From the NCBI GenBank assembly GCA_036397575.1, contig DASWIR010000113.1, positions 1 through 26,426 of the forward strand: a stretch of 26,426 nucleotides of DNA, read 5' to 3'. Under the pieces are notes generated by a model. It ran no database searches, had not been told where the DNA came from, and saw nothing but the letters and a program-made list of their open reading frames with translations. A program made the translations under genes and the position numbers. Source of the DNA: Alteraurantiacibacter sp. GTDB taxonomy: Bacteria; Pseudomonadota; Alphaproteobacteria; Sphingomonadales; Sphingomonadaceae. Positions 1-9,557 of the stretch are shown here, one piece after another. The stretch's first letter is position 1. Every line of letters starts with the position of its first letter.

Positions 1-1080
1 AGCAAGGCGGTTTACGCCAACGCCACGATCCGGCCGTTCGACGAAGGGGCGCTCGGGGGCCTCAGTTTCACTGGCGGCCTGCGCTATTCGGACGACAAGA
101 AGGTCGTGTCGCTTTCCAACCTCGTGGAGGACACGCCCAACCCCACCGATATCGAGTTCGACGTGACGCCCGAAGCGCAGGTGCTGAGCTGGAAACTCGG
201 GGTCAATTACGAGGTCAATTCGGACGTCCTGCTCTATGCCTCGGCGGCTACGGGCTACACTCTCCCCGGCTTCAACCCGCGGCCGCAGCAGCCGAGCCAG
301 ATCGCCCAGTTCGACGGCAATGAAAGCGTCGCCTATGAACTCGGCGCCAAGCTGGACCTGCTCGACCGCCGCCTGCGATTGAACCTCGCTGGCTTCTACA
401 CCGACTTCAAGAAGCGCCCGCAGGCGCTGGGCGGCCAGGAGCTCCTGCTCGGCCCGGATGGCCAGCCGACCGGGGGCAACAGCGTGCTGATCCCCCTTCC
501 CGACGGACCGGAAGGATCGACCACCTGCCGCACGCGCACGCCGGAAGAAATCGCTGCCAACGTTCCGGGCTTCTCGTGCATTATTCGCAACTATTACATC
601 AACACGCCGGCAACGATCTGGGGCTTCGAGGCGGAAGCGACGGCCGAGCCGGTGGACGGCCTCGTCTTCAACGGAGCGGTGGGCTATCACAAGTTCAGCT
701 CACCCGACGTGGACAACCGCGCCATCAACCCGCGCCAGCCAGAGCCGTTCTGGACCGCCAATGCCGGCGTGCAATACACGATCGAAGGCGCACCGCTGGG
801 TGGGACGATCACCCCGCGCGTCGACTGGAGCTACCAGGGCAGCCGGATCCAGAGCACGCGCACGACCGAGTGGAACGAACCGGCCTATTCGCTGGTCAAT
901 GCGCGGCTGACCTATGCGCTGCCCGATGAAGGGTTCTCGATCGCGCTGGGCGTCACGAACCTGTTCGACAAGCTCTACTACCACAACTTCTTTATCCTGC
1001 AGGATTTCGGACAATCCAACGTCCAGGGCCAGCCTGCCGCTCCCCGCGAGTGGTATCTGAGGCTCGCCAAGGACTTCTGA
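1..1080 (+). CDS. TonB-dependent receptor, C-terminal part (5' end outside window)
   Basis: Frame is open from base 1 (SKAVYANATIRP...GGLRYSDDKK). Beta-barrel motifs YASAATGY..PGFN, YELGAKLDLLDRRLRLN, NLFDKLYY, and a C-terminal Phe (PREWYLRLAKDF). Confidence 0.95.
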   Translation, partial: SKAVYANATIRPFDEGALGGLSFTGGLRYSDDKKVVSLSNLVEDTPNPTDIEFDVTPEAQVLSWKLGVNYEVNSDVLLYASAATGYTLPGFNPRPQQPSQIAQFDGNESVAYELGAKLDLLDRRLRLNLAGFYTDFKKRPQALGGQELLLGPDGQPTGGNSVLIPLPDGPEGSTTCRTRTPEEIAANVPGFSCIIRNYYINTPATIWGFEAEATAEPVDGLVFNGAVGYHKFSSPDVDNRAINPRQPEPFWTANAGVQYTIEGAPLGGTITPRVDWSYQGSRIQSTRTTEWNEPAYSLVNARLTYALPDEGFSIALGVTNLFDKLYYHNFFILQDFGQSNVQGQPAAPREWYLRLAKDF

Positions 1081-1107
1081 ATTTTCTGAATCCCGCACCT
1101 CCCAACT

Positions 1108-1153
1108 GGCCAGGGCTTCGGGCGATTTCGTCCCGGAACCCTGGCCGTTTTTT
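1108..1153 (+). terminator. Rho-independent terminator of the TonB receptor gene
   Basis: Stem GGCCAGGG (1108-1115) / CCCTGGCC (1139-1146) with further imperfect inner pairing, followed by GTTTTTT, 27 bp after the stop. Confidence 0.75.
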
Positions 1154-1273
1154 GCCGATAGCCGATTGTCCAAACCGACAGGCCATCTCAGCGCAATTTC
1201 CTCTCAGGCGCAGGCGTAGCGCCGCCCGCCGAGCATTATGTGAGGAAATGCCAATCCGGCAGGGGCGGCATAT

Positions 1274-1305
1274 GGCGGTGATGTCAGTCTAACCGCAACT
1301 CGTCT
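1274..1305 (+). repeat. 32-bp direct repeat, copy 1 (partner 14818-14849)
   Basis: GGCGGTGATGTCAGTCTAACCGCAACTCGTCT vs GGCGGTGCTGTCAGTCTAACGGCAACTCGTCT, 30/32 identical. Confidence 0.92.
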
Positions 1306-1382
1306 CCGATTGACGGAACTCTCCCCTCCCCAGCTTCAGCTCAGACCATAAGGGACCGTCACTCTGCCGGGGCGGCCGAGCG
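1274..1382 (-). mobile_element. IS6-family remnant (right terminal repeat plus degenerate transposase C-terminus), left copy
   Basis: Minus strand 1382-1341 reads RSAAPAE*RSLMV*, matching the alphaproteobacterial IS6 transposase ending RSAALAEWxSLM as I recall it. It is followed by an end reading GGTGATGTCAGTCTAA inward, similar to IS6 IRs (IS26 GGCACTGT, IS6100 GGCTCTGT). Confidence 0.65.
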
Positions 1383-1403
1383 GTGGGCCAGGCGGAGGCC
1401 GGA

Positions 1404-2786
1404 TCAGACGGGAGCGCCCTCGGCGCGCATGGCAAGGATGCGCTTGCGGTACGGCTTCAGCCCCAGCCAATAGCAGATTGCCGTCGCGGGAAACAGGATC
1501 GCGGCCGAAACGGCGATAGCGTAGCGCAGCAGCGCCTCGTCACCGAACACGTGCTGCGTCAGGAACGCGAGCCAGGTCGGCCCGATGCCCCGGCTGGCGG
1601 CAAGCACGATGAACAGGTAGATTGCCGTCATCTGTCCGCGCATCGCGTTCGGGGTGATGATCTGCAAGGCGGTGTTGAGCGAGGGAGCGGAGATCAGCAT
1701 GACTGCCGGGCCCACCGCGAGCAGCACCAGCGCGAGCCATGGCGAAGGCATCAGCGGCCCGGCGATCATGAACGGGATCGCGACCGTCAGGCCGATGGCC
1801 ATGACGCGCATGTTGGTATCGGCGTGGCCGCGTTTGCGGAAAAAGTCGTTGAACCAGATCGCACCAAGCAAGCCCGGCACGGCCAGCCCGAGGTAGAGCA
1901 TGCCCTGGTAGAACCCGATCTGCGCCGGCTCCCACCCGTATGTCCGCGAATAGAAAGCCGCGCCCCAGGTAGCCAGCCCCATCATATGGATGGAGGTGAA
2001 GCACAGGCCGAGGAACATCGGCCCGTAGAGCCGCCGCTCGCGCCACAGGTAGGCAAGCACCTGGAGCAGGCTTGCCGCGCCGCCCTTGCCGGCGGCGGGA
2101 GCGACGGCGGCGAAACTGCGGCGCTTGGGCTCCGCCACGCCGACCATCAACAGCGCGATAGGAAGACCCAACAGGCCGGTCAGGAGGAAGACAACTTGCC
2201 AGTCGGCCATGAGGCCAACCAGCGGCACATCGAGCGGCGGCATGTTTGACAGGATGTGGATCGCCAGCGCGCCGAACAGCATCGACAGCGCGATCCCCGC
2301 CTGCATGCCGACGTTGTAGATCGCGATCGCGCGGGGCAGCTTCTCGGGCGGGAAATAGTCAGCAAGAAGGGAGTACGAAAGCGGCCCGCTGATCGCTTCC
2401 CCGGTCCCGATCCAGAACCGCGCCGCGAAGAACTGCCAGAAGCTGTTCGCCAGCCCGCACGCCGCCGTCGCCGCGCTCCAGATCCCGATCGACCAAGTCA
2501 TTAGCCACTTGCGGTTGTGGCTATCCACAAGCCGCGCCGCAGGAATCCCGACGAAGGCGTAGAACAGCACCACCGAAAACCCGAGCAAGTAGCTCATCTG
2601 CATGTCGGTCAGCTGCAAGTCGGCCTTCACCGGCTCTACCAGCAACATCATCACGCCGTCGTTGAGCATCGCGCACATCTGCACCGCCGCGAGAACCCAC
2701 GCCACATAGTAGGCCTGGCGCAGGGGTGGCCACGGCTCATCCTCAACGCCGTCGGCGGCTGGCTGCGCGGCGCTGATGTCAGTCAA
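1404..2786 (-). CDS. MFS transporter (spinster-like)
   Basis: Hydrophobic multi-TM pattern, motif A-like ARLVDSHNRK, GTGEA and PPEKLPRA. Probable TTG start at 2786 behind GGGAGAG (ORF track extends to 2846). Confidence 0.9.
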   Translation of the reverse strand: MTDISAAQPAADGVEDEPWPPLRQAYYVAWVLAAVQMCAMLNDGVMMLLVEPVKADLQLTDMQMSYLLGFSVVLFYAFVGIPAARLVDSHNRKWLMTWSIGIWSAATAACGLANSFWQFFAARFWIGTGEAISGPLSYSLLADYFPPEKLPRAIAIYNVGMQAGIALSMLFGALAIHILSNMPPLDVPLVGLMADWQVVFLLTGLLGLPIALLMVGVAEPKRRSFAAVAPAAGKGGAASLLQVLAYLWRERRLYGPMFLGLCFTSIHMMGLATWGAAFYSRTYGWEPAQIGFYQGMLYLGLAVPGLLGAIWFNDFFRKRGHADTNMRVMAIGLTVAIPFMIAGPLMPSPWLALVLLAVGPAVMLISAPSLNTALQIITPNAMRGQMTAIYLFIVLAASRGIGPTWLAFLTQHVFGDEALLRYAIAVSAAILFPATAICYWLGLKPYRKRILAMRAEGAPV

Positions 2787-2885
2787 AAAACTCTCCCCAC
2801 CAGATGCCGGCGATGCGCCAGGGCTGTCCTTGCAAGTTCCGACCACGGCGGTCCTCAGGGGACATCGACACAGGACCTGGAGCCG

Positions 2886-3926
2886 CTAGTTGCCATACGG
2901 CCCCGGCGACCCCCCGGGCTTGGTGGCGCCGTTCCAGTGTTCGACGAGCCGGTTACCCTCGATCCGAAACATGTCGAACCAGGTCGTGGTGTAAGTCTCT
3001 CCCGCACGCCTTGGGTGAGGGTGTTCGCGGGCGGATACCACCACCACGAGATCGCCCTGCGCCAACACGGCGACGAGCGGTGCCTGCATCGATCCAGGGA
3101 CGGGCGAGCCGCTGCGAGCCGCGATACGGGTCCTGAAGGCCTCCCGGCCCGTATCGATATTCGGATCATGTTCGATGTAGTCTTCGTCGAGATAGAGGTC
3201 GGCGACCTCCTCGCGTCCTGCATCGATCGTCTGGCGCCAGGCATCGAAGACGAGGCGCTTGTTGGCCGCCAGCACCGGGTTTGCCGCTTGCAGCAGCGCG
3301 AGTTGCGCGGTGCCCGAAACGCCGGTGACCGGTTGCGGACCGCCCTCCGCGGCAGAGGGCAGGTCCGGGCGTGGTGCGTCCTGCACCGAATGCCAATGTT
3401 CGGCGAGGCGGCCGTCTTCGATGCGGAACAGGTTGAAATGCGTGGTCGTGTAATACCCGTCGCTGCCTGGTTCCGGCACACTCTCACGCAGCGCCATCAC
3501 CACCAGGTCTCCTTCCGCGATGATGGTCACCAGAGGGGGTGAAACCAATTCGGGAATTTCCGTGCGCTTCACGACGGAGAAGATCTGTTTGAAGGCTGCG
3601 CGGCCCGTGGGCAGAATCGGACTATGCTGGATATACTCTTCGCGAAGCATCTCATCCGCCAGTTCGACCTGTCCGGCGTTGACGATGCTGCGCCACATAT
3701 CGAACACTAGGCGTTTGTTGGCGGCGTAAGCCGGGTCCTCATCCTCGACCAGCGGAAGCGGGTCTGGATGGCCCGATACCTCCACGGGCCCCGGCCCGGT
3801 GGCCAAAGGCGGTGGGGGCGCCAGGCTTGCAGTTGGTGGGGGTGATATCATTCCATCCGTGGCGGCGGCGCAGGCTAACAGGAGCAAGAAGACGGTAGCT
3901 GCACCGAAACGCATACTTCTCTTCAT
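2886..3926 (-). CDS. Secreted protein with two SnoaL/NTF2-like domains
   Basis: Signal peptide MKRSMRFGAATVFLLLLAC, Pro-rich linker, then two homologous domains (ANKRLVFD.WR, YI[QE]H, GDLVV, F.[LM]FRIE..RL.EHW). Confidence 0.85.
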   Translation of the reverse strand: MKRSMRFGAATVFLLLLACAAATDGMISPPPTASLAPPPPLATGPGPVEVSGHPDPLPLVEDEDPAYAANKRLVFDMWRSIVNAGQVELADEMLREEYIQHSPILPTGRAAFKQIFSVVKRTEIPELVSPPLVTIIAEGDLVVMALRESVPEPGSDGYYTTTHFNLFRIEDGRLAEHWHSVQDAPRPDLPSAAEGGPQPVTGVSGTAQLALLQAANPVLAANKRLVFDAWRQTIDAGREEVADLYLDEDYIEHDPNIDTGREAFRTRIAARSGSPVPGSMQAPLVAVLAQGDLVVVVSAREHPHPRRAGETYTTTWFDMFRIEGNRLVEHWNGATKPGGSPGPYGN

Positions 3927-4100
3927 GATCACCCTTTTTACCGTGTGTGTTACCTCTCGGTCCGCTGCGGTCCGGCTCCGAAGAACCAGGCCGCAGCCGG
4001 CAAGGCGTTAAAACTTCTTTCCAAACTGAACCTGGAACACGCGGCCAAGCGGGCTGCCGATCACTTCACCCGCGGCTTCACGCAATCCTGTCGGTTCGCC

Positions 4101-6659
4101 TCAGAACTCCTTCTTCACCGTGACCGCCCATTCGCGCGGACGACCGACCTGGGCCACCAGCGGGCCGTTGCCGGTGGCCGCGTTGCGGATGTCGAACTTG
4201 TTCACGAAATAGTACTTGTCGAAGATGTTGGTGACCTCGAGGCTGACCGAGAGGTCGTCGTCCGCATTGCGCCAGGTAATGCGGCCGTTAGCCAGCGTGT
4301 AGGCCGGGTTGAGCCCCGACGCATCTATTCCGCGCAGCACGCCTCCGGGCAGGGCCAGCGAGCGGCTGACGTCGATGCGCGGTGTGATCGAGCCGTTGTT
4401 TCCGCCGAGCTGCGCTTCGTACTGGATACCGAACGCCCACTTCCAGCCGTGCAGCGGCTCGGCCAGCAGGCCGATGACCGCCGGATCGGAGCTGCATGGC
4501 CCGTTCGGAAGGCCGACGACGGCGGGGTTGACGCACTTGTACTCGCTGTCGAGGTATGAGGCCGAGCCGTCGATCAGCAGGCCCTCGATCGGGTTCGCCG
4601 TCAGCTCCAGCTCGATCCCCTTCTGCCGCGAGTCGCCCGCGTTCTGCGGCGCGGCGCACGGCGTGGGCGACACCGGGTCGAGGCTCGGACAGTCGCTCAA
4701 GACGAGCTGCTGGTCCTTGAACTCGTTGAGGAAGGCGGTGACATTGAAGCGAACCCGACGGTCGAACAAGTCGGTCTTCAGGCCCACTTCGTAAGTGGTG
4801 ACTTCCTCGACGCCAAACGGCGCGGCCTGTGCTGCGGTAAACGGACGGGGGACGACGCCGCCGCCCTTGAAGCCGGAGGCGATCGTCGCATAGGCGAGAA
4901 TCGCGTCGCTGAAGCGATAATCGACCGAAGCACGGTAATCGAAGCGGCTGCCGTCGTAGTTGGCCGTGCGCCCGCTCAGCGCTGTCACGATCTCCGTGGT
5001 ATTTCCGTTACCGTTGATGTCGGCGGAGTCCGGTCCGTTGTAACCGATCCCGTAGAAGGCTCCGACCCGGTCGAGGAACCGGTTAACGGTCGTGCCATCG
5101 ATGTTGTAGCGGAAGAACGTGTAGTCCTTGTGCTCCTCGGTGTAGCGCCCGCCGAGAGTGACGGTGAGGTCCTCCAACGGCTCGATGATAAGGGTCGCGA
5201 AGGCCGCCTTCGTATCGGTGTTCACCGGATCGTCGCCGATGAACTGCAGCGGGAACAGTCCCACCAGTCCGAACGGCGGGCCGATATCAACCCCAATCGA
5301 GCGGATATCCTGCAGCGTCCAATAGGTCGTACGCTCGTCCGAGTAATAGGCGCCGAGCGTCAGGTCGGCGATGTCGCCGAGGTCGACGTTGAGGCGCAGC
5401 TCCTGGCTGACGAACCAATGGTCCAGCTCGTTTTGCCCGAAGCCTCCGATGGTCGGCGCAAGGTCGGTATCGCTGTCGAAGGCCGTGTCCCATTCGCGGT
5501 AGGCCGAGATCGACACTAGGTTGAGCCTGTCGCTGAGGTCGATCGAAAGATTCGCCGAAACACCCCACCCCTCGTAGGTGACTCGCGGATCCCCCATTAG
5601 GCCCGGCAGGACGACCACCGGCGAGAAAGCGCCGAAGAAAGGATCGGGAACGAGAATGCCGAAGAAAGGCGCGGTATGGCTGGAGTACTGGGAGTAATTG
5701 CAGAACCGGCCGCACAGGAACCGGCTGTCGAACGGCTGCCCGTCCGCGCTCAATATGTTGGTGTTCGGGTCGTTTGCCGCGAGCAGGATTTCGGGGGCCT
5801 GATTGCGCACGTCCTTGATGTAGTCGGCGGAAATCAGCAGGCTCACCGCGTCGGTCGGTTCGAAGTTCAACATGCCGCGGACCGCGCGGTAGCCCACGTC
5901 GCCGAGCCGGCCTTCGACGCAGTCTGAGCCCGACTGGATACCCCCGTTCGCGCAGTTGTAGTCGATGCGATCGACATAGCCGTCCTGGTCCGCCATCGTG
6001 CCGGTGATGCGGCCGGACAACGTGTCGGTCAGCGGGAATTCGGCCGCGGCACGCAAGTTGATGCGGTTGCGGCTGCCGTACGTCGCCTGCACGTAGCCGC
6101 CGGTGTCGCCGGTCGGGCGACGGCTGAAGAACTTGATCGCGCCGCCTTCCGAATTGCGCCCTGTGAGCGTGCCCTGCGGTCCGCGGAGGATCTCGACGCG
6201 CTCCACGTCCATGATGTCGAAATTCGCGCCGGTCAGGCGCGGGTAGTAAACGTCGTCGATGTAAAGGCCGACGCCGGGCTCCATCGCGGGGTTGAAGTCG
6301 CCTTGGCCAAGCCCGCGAATGGTGGCCGAGATCGCCGGACCGAAGGCGCCAGTCTGCGGGCGCAAGTCGACGCTCGGCGCCTGCCGCACAACCTCGGAGA
6401 GCGTCGTCTGGCTGCGCGCCTCCATCATCTCGGCATCGACCGCGGTGATCGCCAGAGGCGTGTCCTGCAGCCGCTGCTCGCGGAACTGTGCGGTCACGAC
6501 GATCTCGTTGGAGCCGGCCGAACCGATCCCGGCCTGCTCGGGGCTTTCGGTGGCATCGTCCTGCGCCAACGCGGGAGACACGCCCAGCGTCAGGGCCAAG
6601 GCGGAAGCGCCCGCGGTGAGCGCGGCGCGGATGTGGCTGGGGTAGCGTGAAATTGCCAT
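4101..6659 (-). CDS. TonB-dependent receptor (about 852 aa)
   Basis: ATG at 6659 behind GAGGGAGAG. Signal peptide ending ALAQ, TonB box EIVVTAQ, plug motif VERVEILRGPQGTL.GRNS.GG, C-terminal REWAVTVKKEF. The ORF-track extension to 7127 is non-coding. Confidence 0.95.
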   Translation of the reverse strand: MAISRYPSHIRAALTAGASALALTLGVSPALAQDDATESPEQAGIGSAGSNEIVVTAQFREQRLQDTPLAITAVDAEMMEARSQTTLSEVVRQAPSVDLRPQTGAFGPAISATIRGLGQGDFNPAMEPGVGLYIDDVYYPRLTGANFDIMDVERVEILRGPQGTLTGRNSEGGAIKFFSRRPTGDTGGYVQATYGSRNRINLRAAAEFPLTDTLSGRITGTMADQDGYVDRIDYNCANGGIQSGSDCVEGRLGDVGYRAVRGMLNFEPTDAVSLLISADYIKDVRNQAPEILLAANDPNTNILSADGQPFDSRFLCGRFCNYSQYSSHTAPFFGILVPDPFFGAFSPVVVLPGLMGDPRVTYEGWGVSANLSIDLSDRLNLVSISAYREWDTAFDSDTDLAPTIGGFGQNELDHWFVSQELRLNVDLGDIADLTLGAYYSDERTTYWTLQDIRSIGVDIGPPFGLVGLFPLQFIGDDPVNTDTKAAFATLIIEPLEDLTVTLGGRYTEEHKDYTFFRYNIDGTTVNRFLDRVGAFYGIGYNGPDSADINGNGNTTEIVTALSGRTANYDGSRFDYRASVDYRFSDAILAYATIASGFKGGGVVPRPFTAAQAAPFGVEEVTTYEVGLKTDLFDRRVRFNVTAFLNEFKDQQLVLSDCPSLDPVSPTPCAAPQNAGDSRQKGIELELTANPIEGLLIDGSASYLDSEYKCVNPAVVGLPNGPCSSDPAVIGLLAEPLHGWKWAFGIQYEAQLGGNNGSITPRIDVSRSLALPGGVLRGIDASGLNPAYTLANGRITWRNADDDLSVSLEVTNIFDKYYFVNKFDIRNAATGNGPLVAQVGRPREWAVTVKKEF

Positions 6660-7010
6660 TCTCTCTCTCCCTCTGAACTGTTGTTGGACGGCTGGACCGT
6701 CAGTTCCCAAGTGGAACATGCCGGATCTGCGACCGGCGCGCGGAGGGCGCACCAGCCGCCCCAGCGGCTCCAGGAGGGCTGTCACTTGGCTACTGGAATG
6801 GGAGGGAAGCCGTGATTTGCCCGAATGGGCACGCCGATTGCGCGCATTACGTGGGTTGCCAGTAGTCATCTCATCCCTCCCCGGTGAGGAGCTTGTGCGG
6901 CCGCGTTTTCCGCCGAACCTTGCCGCCTGCCTTCGGCAGACCGCGCCGTTCGATCTTTGTTCTGGACGCTCGCTCTCGTTCAATGGACGGTGTGTGACGT
7001 TTGCCGGGCG

Positions 7011-7030
7011 CGAAAATAGTGCTGTCAATT
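7011..7030 (-). promoter_or_regulatory. Conserved 20-bp element containing TTGACA, facing the TonB receptor
   Basis: Minus strand AATTGACAGCACTATTTTCG is identical to plus strand 7192-7211. Confidence 0.7.
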
Positions 7031-7191
7031 GCCCAGCCCCGCCGATCGCGGGGCGGCCACGCCGATCCGGCAAGCCCGAAATCGAGATGCGATGGCCCTC
7101 GGCCCGACGCCGGCCCGGTATCGACATCGCCCTGGATGAGCGAGGCGCGGCCTATGTCGCCGATGGGCGACGCGCGGCCTCCTCAGCGAGG

Positions 7192-7211
7192 AATTGACAG
7201 CACTATTTTCG
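7192..7211 (+). promoter_or_regulatory. Conserved 20-bp element containing TTGACA, facing the dioxygenase operon
   Basis: AATTGACAGCACTATTTTCG is a perfect inverted copy of 7011-7030; similarity continues downstream for about 60 bp. Confidence 0.7.
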
Positions 7212-7388
7212 TGCCGGGCAAACGCTTCACAGTATCACTTGAACGACAAATAGGCGCCGAGAACAGACGTCGAACCAGCTCTGGAGGCTGACGCAGAAGC
7301 TGGGTTTGACGAAAGCGCGGTCGCGCATCGCCTTCGATGGCCGTGCGTCAGACCTTACAAGACGGGGCGAGGACGCAAGGGCACAAGA

Positions 7389-8261
7389 ATGCAGATCAAC
7401 CAGCTTCACCCGAGGTTCGTCGGGGAAATTATCGGCCTGGACACTTCGGCACCCATCACGCCCGAGACGATCGAGGCTGTCGAGGCCGCAATGGCGCAAT
7501 ATGGCGTCTGCGTGATCCGCGATGCCAGCCTGACGGACGAGGATCACCTCCGCTTCAGCCGCGCTTTCGGCCCGCTCGAGCTAGCACCGGGTGGGGGCAA
7601 GCGTATCGCGCCGGAGATCTTCGACGTCGGCAATCTCGATCCCAACGGCGAGATCATCCAGCCGAACCCCGAGGGGCCCCAGGCAGCGGACTTCGAACTG
7701 TTCCATACCGACAGCCCTTGCAACACAATGCCGACCAAATGGTCGCTTCTGCTCGCCTATGTCACGCCGCCTGTGGGCGCCAACACGGAATACATCGATC
7801 TGCGCGCCGTCTATGAAGATCTGCCGCAAGAAACGAAGGACCGGATCGAGAATCTCGCCGCCGAACACGATCTCTTCCATGCGCTCGAGCTGAAGAGCGG
7901 CAAGTCCGTGAGCGACGACTTGCGCAAGGCTTATCCGCGAACGCCGCAGGCGCTCGTGCGGACTTCCGCGAGCGGTCGCAAGACGCTTTACCTGGGCTGG
8001 CATGCCGTCGGGATCGTCGGCTGGAGCGAGGGGGAAGGCCGCAAGCTCCTGAGCGAGCTCTACGCGTTCGCGACGCAGGACAAGTACGTCTATTCGCACA
8101 AATGGCGACCCGGCGATCTCGTCATCTGGGACAATCGCTGCACAATGCATAGCGCCACGTCCTTCGAGCGCTACCGCTACAAGCGCGACATGCGCCGCAC
8201 GACGATCAACGAATACGGCCCTGAGGAATTGGGGATCGAGGGTATGCGCGCCGCCGGCTAG
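7389..8261 (+). CDS. TauD/TfdA-family Fe(II)/2-oxoglutarate dioxygenase (TfdA-like)
   Basis: HxD (FHTDS), distal His in WDNRCTMH, Arg in KRDMRR. Resembles TfdA in LHP.F, FGPLE, D.RA.Y..LP and SGRK.L. Confidence 0.92.
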   Translation: MQINQLHPRFVGEIIGLDTSAPITPETIEAVEAAMAQYGVCVIRDASLTDEDHLRFSRAFGPLELAPGGGKRIAPEIFDVGNLDPNGEIIQPNPEGPQAADFELFHTDSPCNTMPTKWSLLLAYVTPPVGANTEYIDLRAVYEDLPQETKDRIENLAAEHDLFHALELKSGKSVSDDLRKAYPRTPQALVRTSASGRKTLYLGWHAVGIVGWSEGEGRKLLSELYAFATQDKYVYSHKWRPGDLVIWDNRCTMHSATSFERYRYKRDMRRTTINEYGPEELGIEGMRAAG

Positions 8262-8309
8262 CGCCGGCCAGCGCATGCTAACGGCGATCGAACCGATCGG
8301 AGAGAACCA

Positions 8310-9119
8310 GTGGAAAGTGTAGCAGCCATTACCAGTTCGGATCATGGCACAGTCGCCAGTTTCATTCGCTATTCGGCTCGCGACGCGGATGGCGGCTATA
8401 TCGAGGGGAACGGCGTCTATTCGTTCGGGATGGAGGACCATCCGGCGATCGTGCGCAATGCACGGCTGGCGGAGACCTCTTGGAAGACGCACGGCTTTGC
8501 GCTGCTCAAGCATTCGACCGATGTCGACTTCGCCGACAAGGAGGACTTCGAGAGACGCTATTACCCCGAAGTCAGCCGACTGGTGCGCGAGCTGACGGGT
8601 GCCAGCGAGGTCTTCGTTTTCCTCGGCATATTGCGCGGCGGCGAGGATGCGGCGGGCGGCGGTCCGGCGCTGAGCGCGCATGTCGACTTCAACGAGGCGG
8701 CCTTGCGCGACTGGGTGCGCCGCCTGGCGCCTGACCGAAGCGAAGAGCTGGCCGGGAAGCGGCTGATGAACGTAAACGTTTGGCGCGGCGTGCGCCCCGT
8801 GGAGAACATGCCGCTGGCGGTGTGCGATGCGCGCAGCGTCGACAAGGGCGATTTCATGCGCGTGGCGCTCGGCAAGCCTGAGGGCGGGTTCAGGGACGAC
8901 ATGCCGGCAGGCCTGAACATGGCCTACAACCCGAAGCACGAGTGGTACTATTTCCCCGACATGCAGCCCGACGAGGCGCTGGCGTTCCGACTGTTCGACA
9001 CCGACAACCCCGACTGGAAGATGACCGGGCACACCGCCTTCGAGGACCCCAGCTCCAAACCCGATTCTCCCAAACGCCAGAGCTTCGAAGTCCGAACCAT
9101 CGCGGTTCTCGAAGAGTGA
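8310..9119 (+). CDS. CmcJ/NvfI-family oxidoreductase (putative Fe/2OG oxygenase)
   Basis: Motifs AHVDF, NVWR, PLAVCD, WYYFPDM.PDEAL.F, HTAF.DP and RQSFEVR. GTG start behind GGAGAG. Confidence 0.85.
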   Translation: MESVAAITSSDHGTVASFIRYSARDADGGYIEGNGVYSFGMEDHPAIVRNARLAETSWKTHGFALLKHSTDVDFADKEDFERRYYPEVSRLVRELTGASEVFVFLGILRGGEDAAGGGPALSAHVDFNEAALRDWVRRLAPDRSEELAGKRLMNVNVWRGVRPVENMPLAVCDARSVDKGDFMRVALGKPEGGFRDDMPAGLNMAYNPKHEWYYFPDMQPDEALAFRLFDTDNPDWKMTGHTAFEDPSSKPDSPKRQSFEVRTIAVLEE

Positions 9120-9163
9120 TGCCGGCGCGTAACCAGATCCGGATCGACGCCGGCAAAGTTGAG

Positions 9164-9475
9164 TCAGTCGATTGCGGCACCCGCCGGCGCACCGATGCGG
9201 AAATGCGCTTCTTCCAGTCGGACCAGACTGGCGTGCCCATCCTGCTGCCAGGGATCCTGGGAAAGGCGTTCGCGCACATGGTCCTCGCTGTCGGCAAGAA
9301 ACACGAACAGCACATCGTTCGTCTCCTGCAGCAGGCCGGCCATGGCGATGAAACCCTCCTTCTCGAGCCCGTCCATGTGGGCCACGTGACCAGCGAAACC
9401 CTCCTGCTCATGCGCTGGCTTGGAGTGGTCCCACGCATCGGTGCGCCTGACGATGGCCACGAACGTCTTCTTCAT
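9164..9475 (-). CDS. YciI-family protein
   Basis: About 103 aa with GHVAHM..L..EG.I..AG and DPW motifs. ATG at 9475 behind GGAAAGG. Confidence 0.75.
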   Translation of the reverse strand: MKKTFVAIVRRTDAWDHSKPAHEQEGFAGHVAHMDGLEKEGFIAMAGLLQETNDVLFVFLADSEDHVRERLSQDPWQQDGHASLVRLEEAHFRIGAPAGAAID

Positions 9476-9557
9476 GATGGCAGCCTTTCCCATTGGTTTC
9501 ACCAGCCGGTCTATAAGTTATTGACTGCATAACTCAAGTTAAAAATGGAGCTTAGAA

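Noticed and set aside
6660-7127. 156-aa N-terminal extension of the TonB receptor in the ORF track
   Set aside because: Low-complexity Arg/Pro-rich translation that crosses the promoter repeat. A strong RBS and a signal peptide begin at 6659.
7019-7203. Possible MITE, since the inverted repeats share TGACAGCAC with the IS6-like ends
   Set aside because: Similarity extends outward rather than inward, the terminal GG is missing, and no target duplication is seen; promoter duplication fits better.
9121-9154. Hairpin GCCGGCG/CGCCGGC between convergent genes
   Set aside because: Short GC-only stem with a long loop and no convincing U tract.
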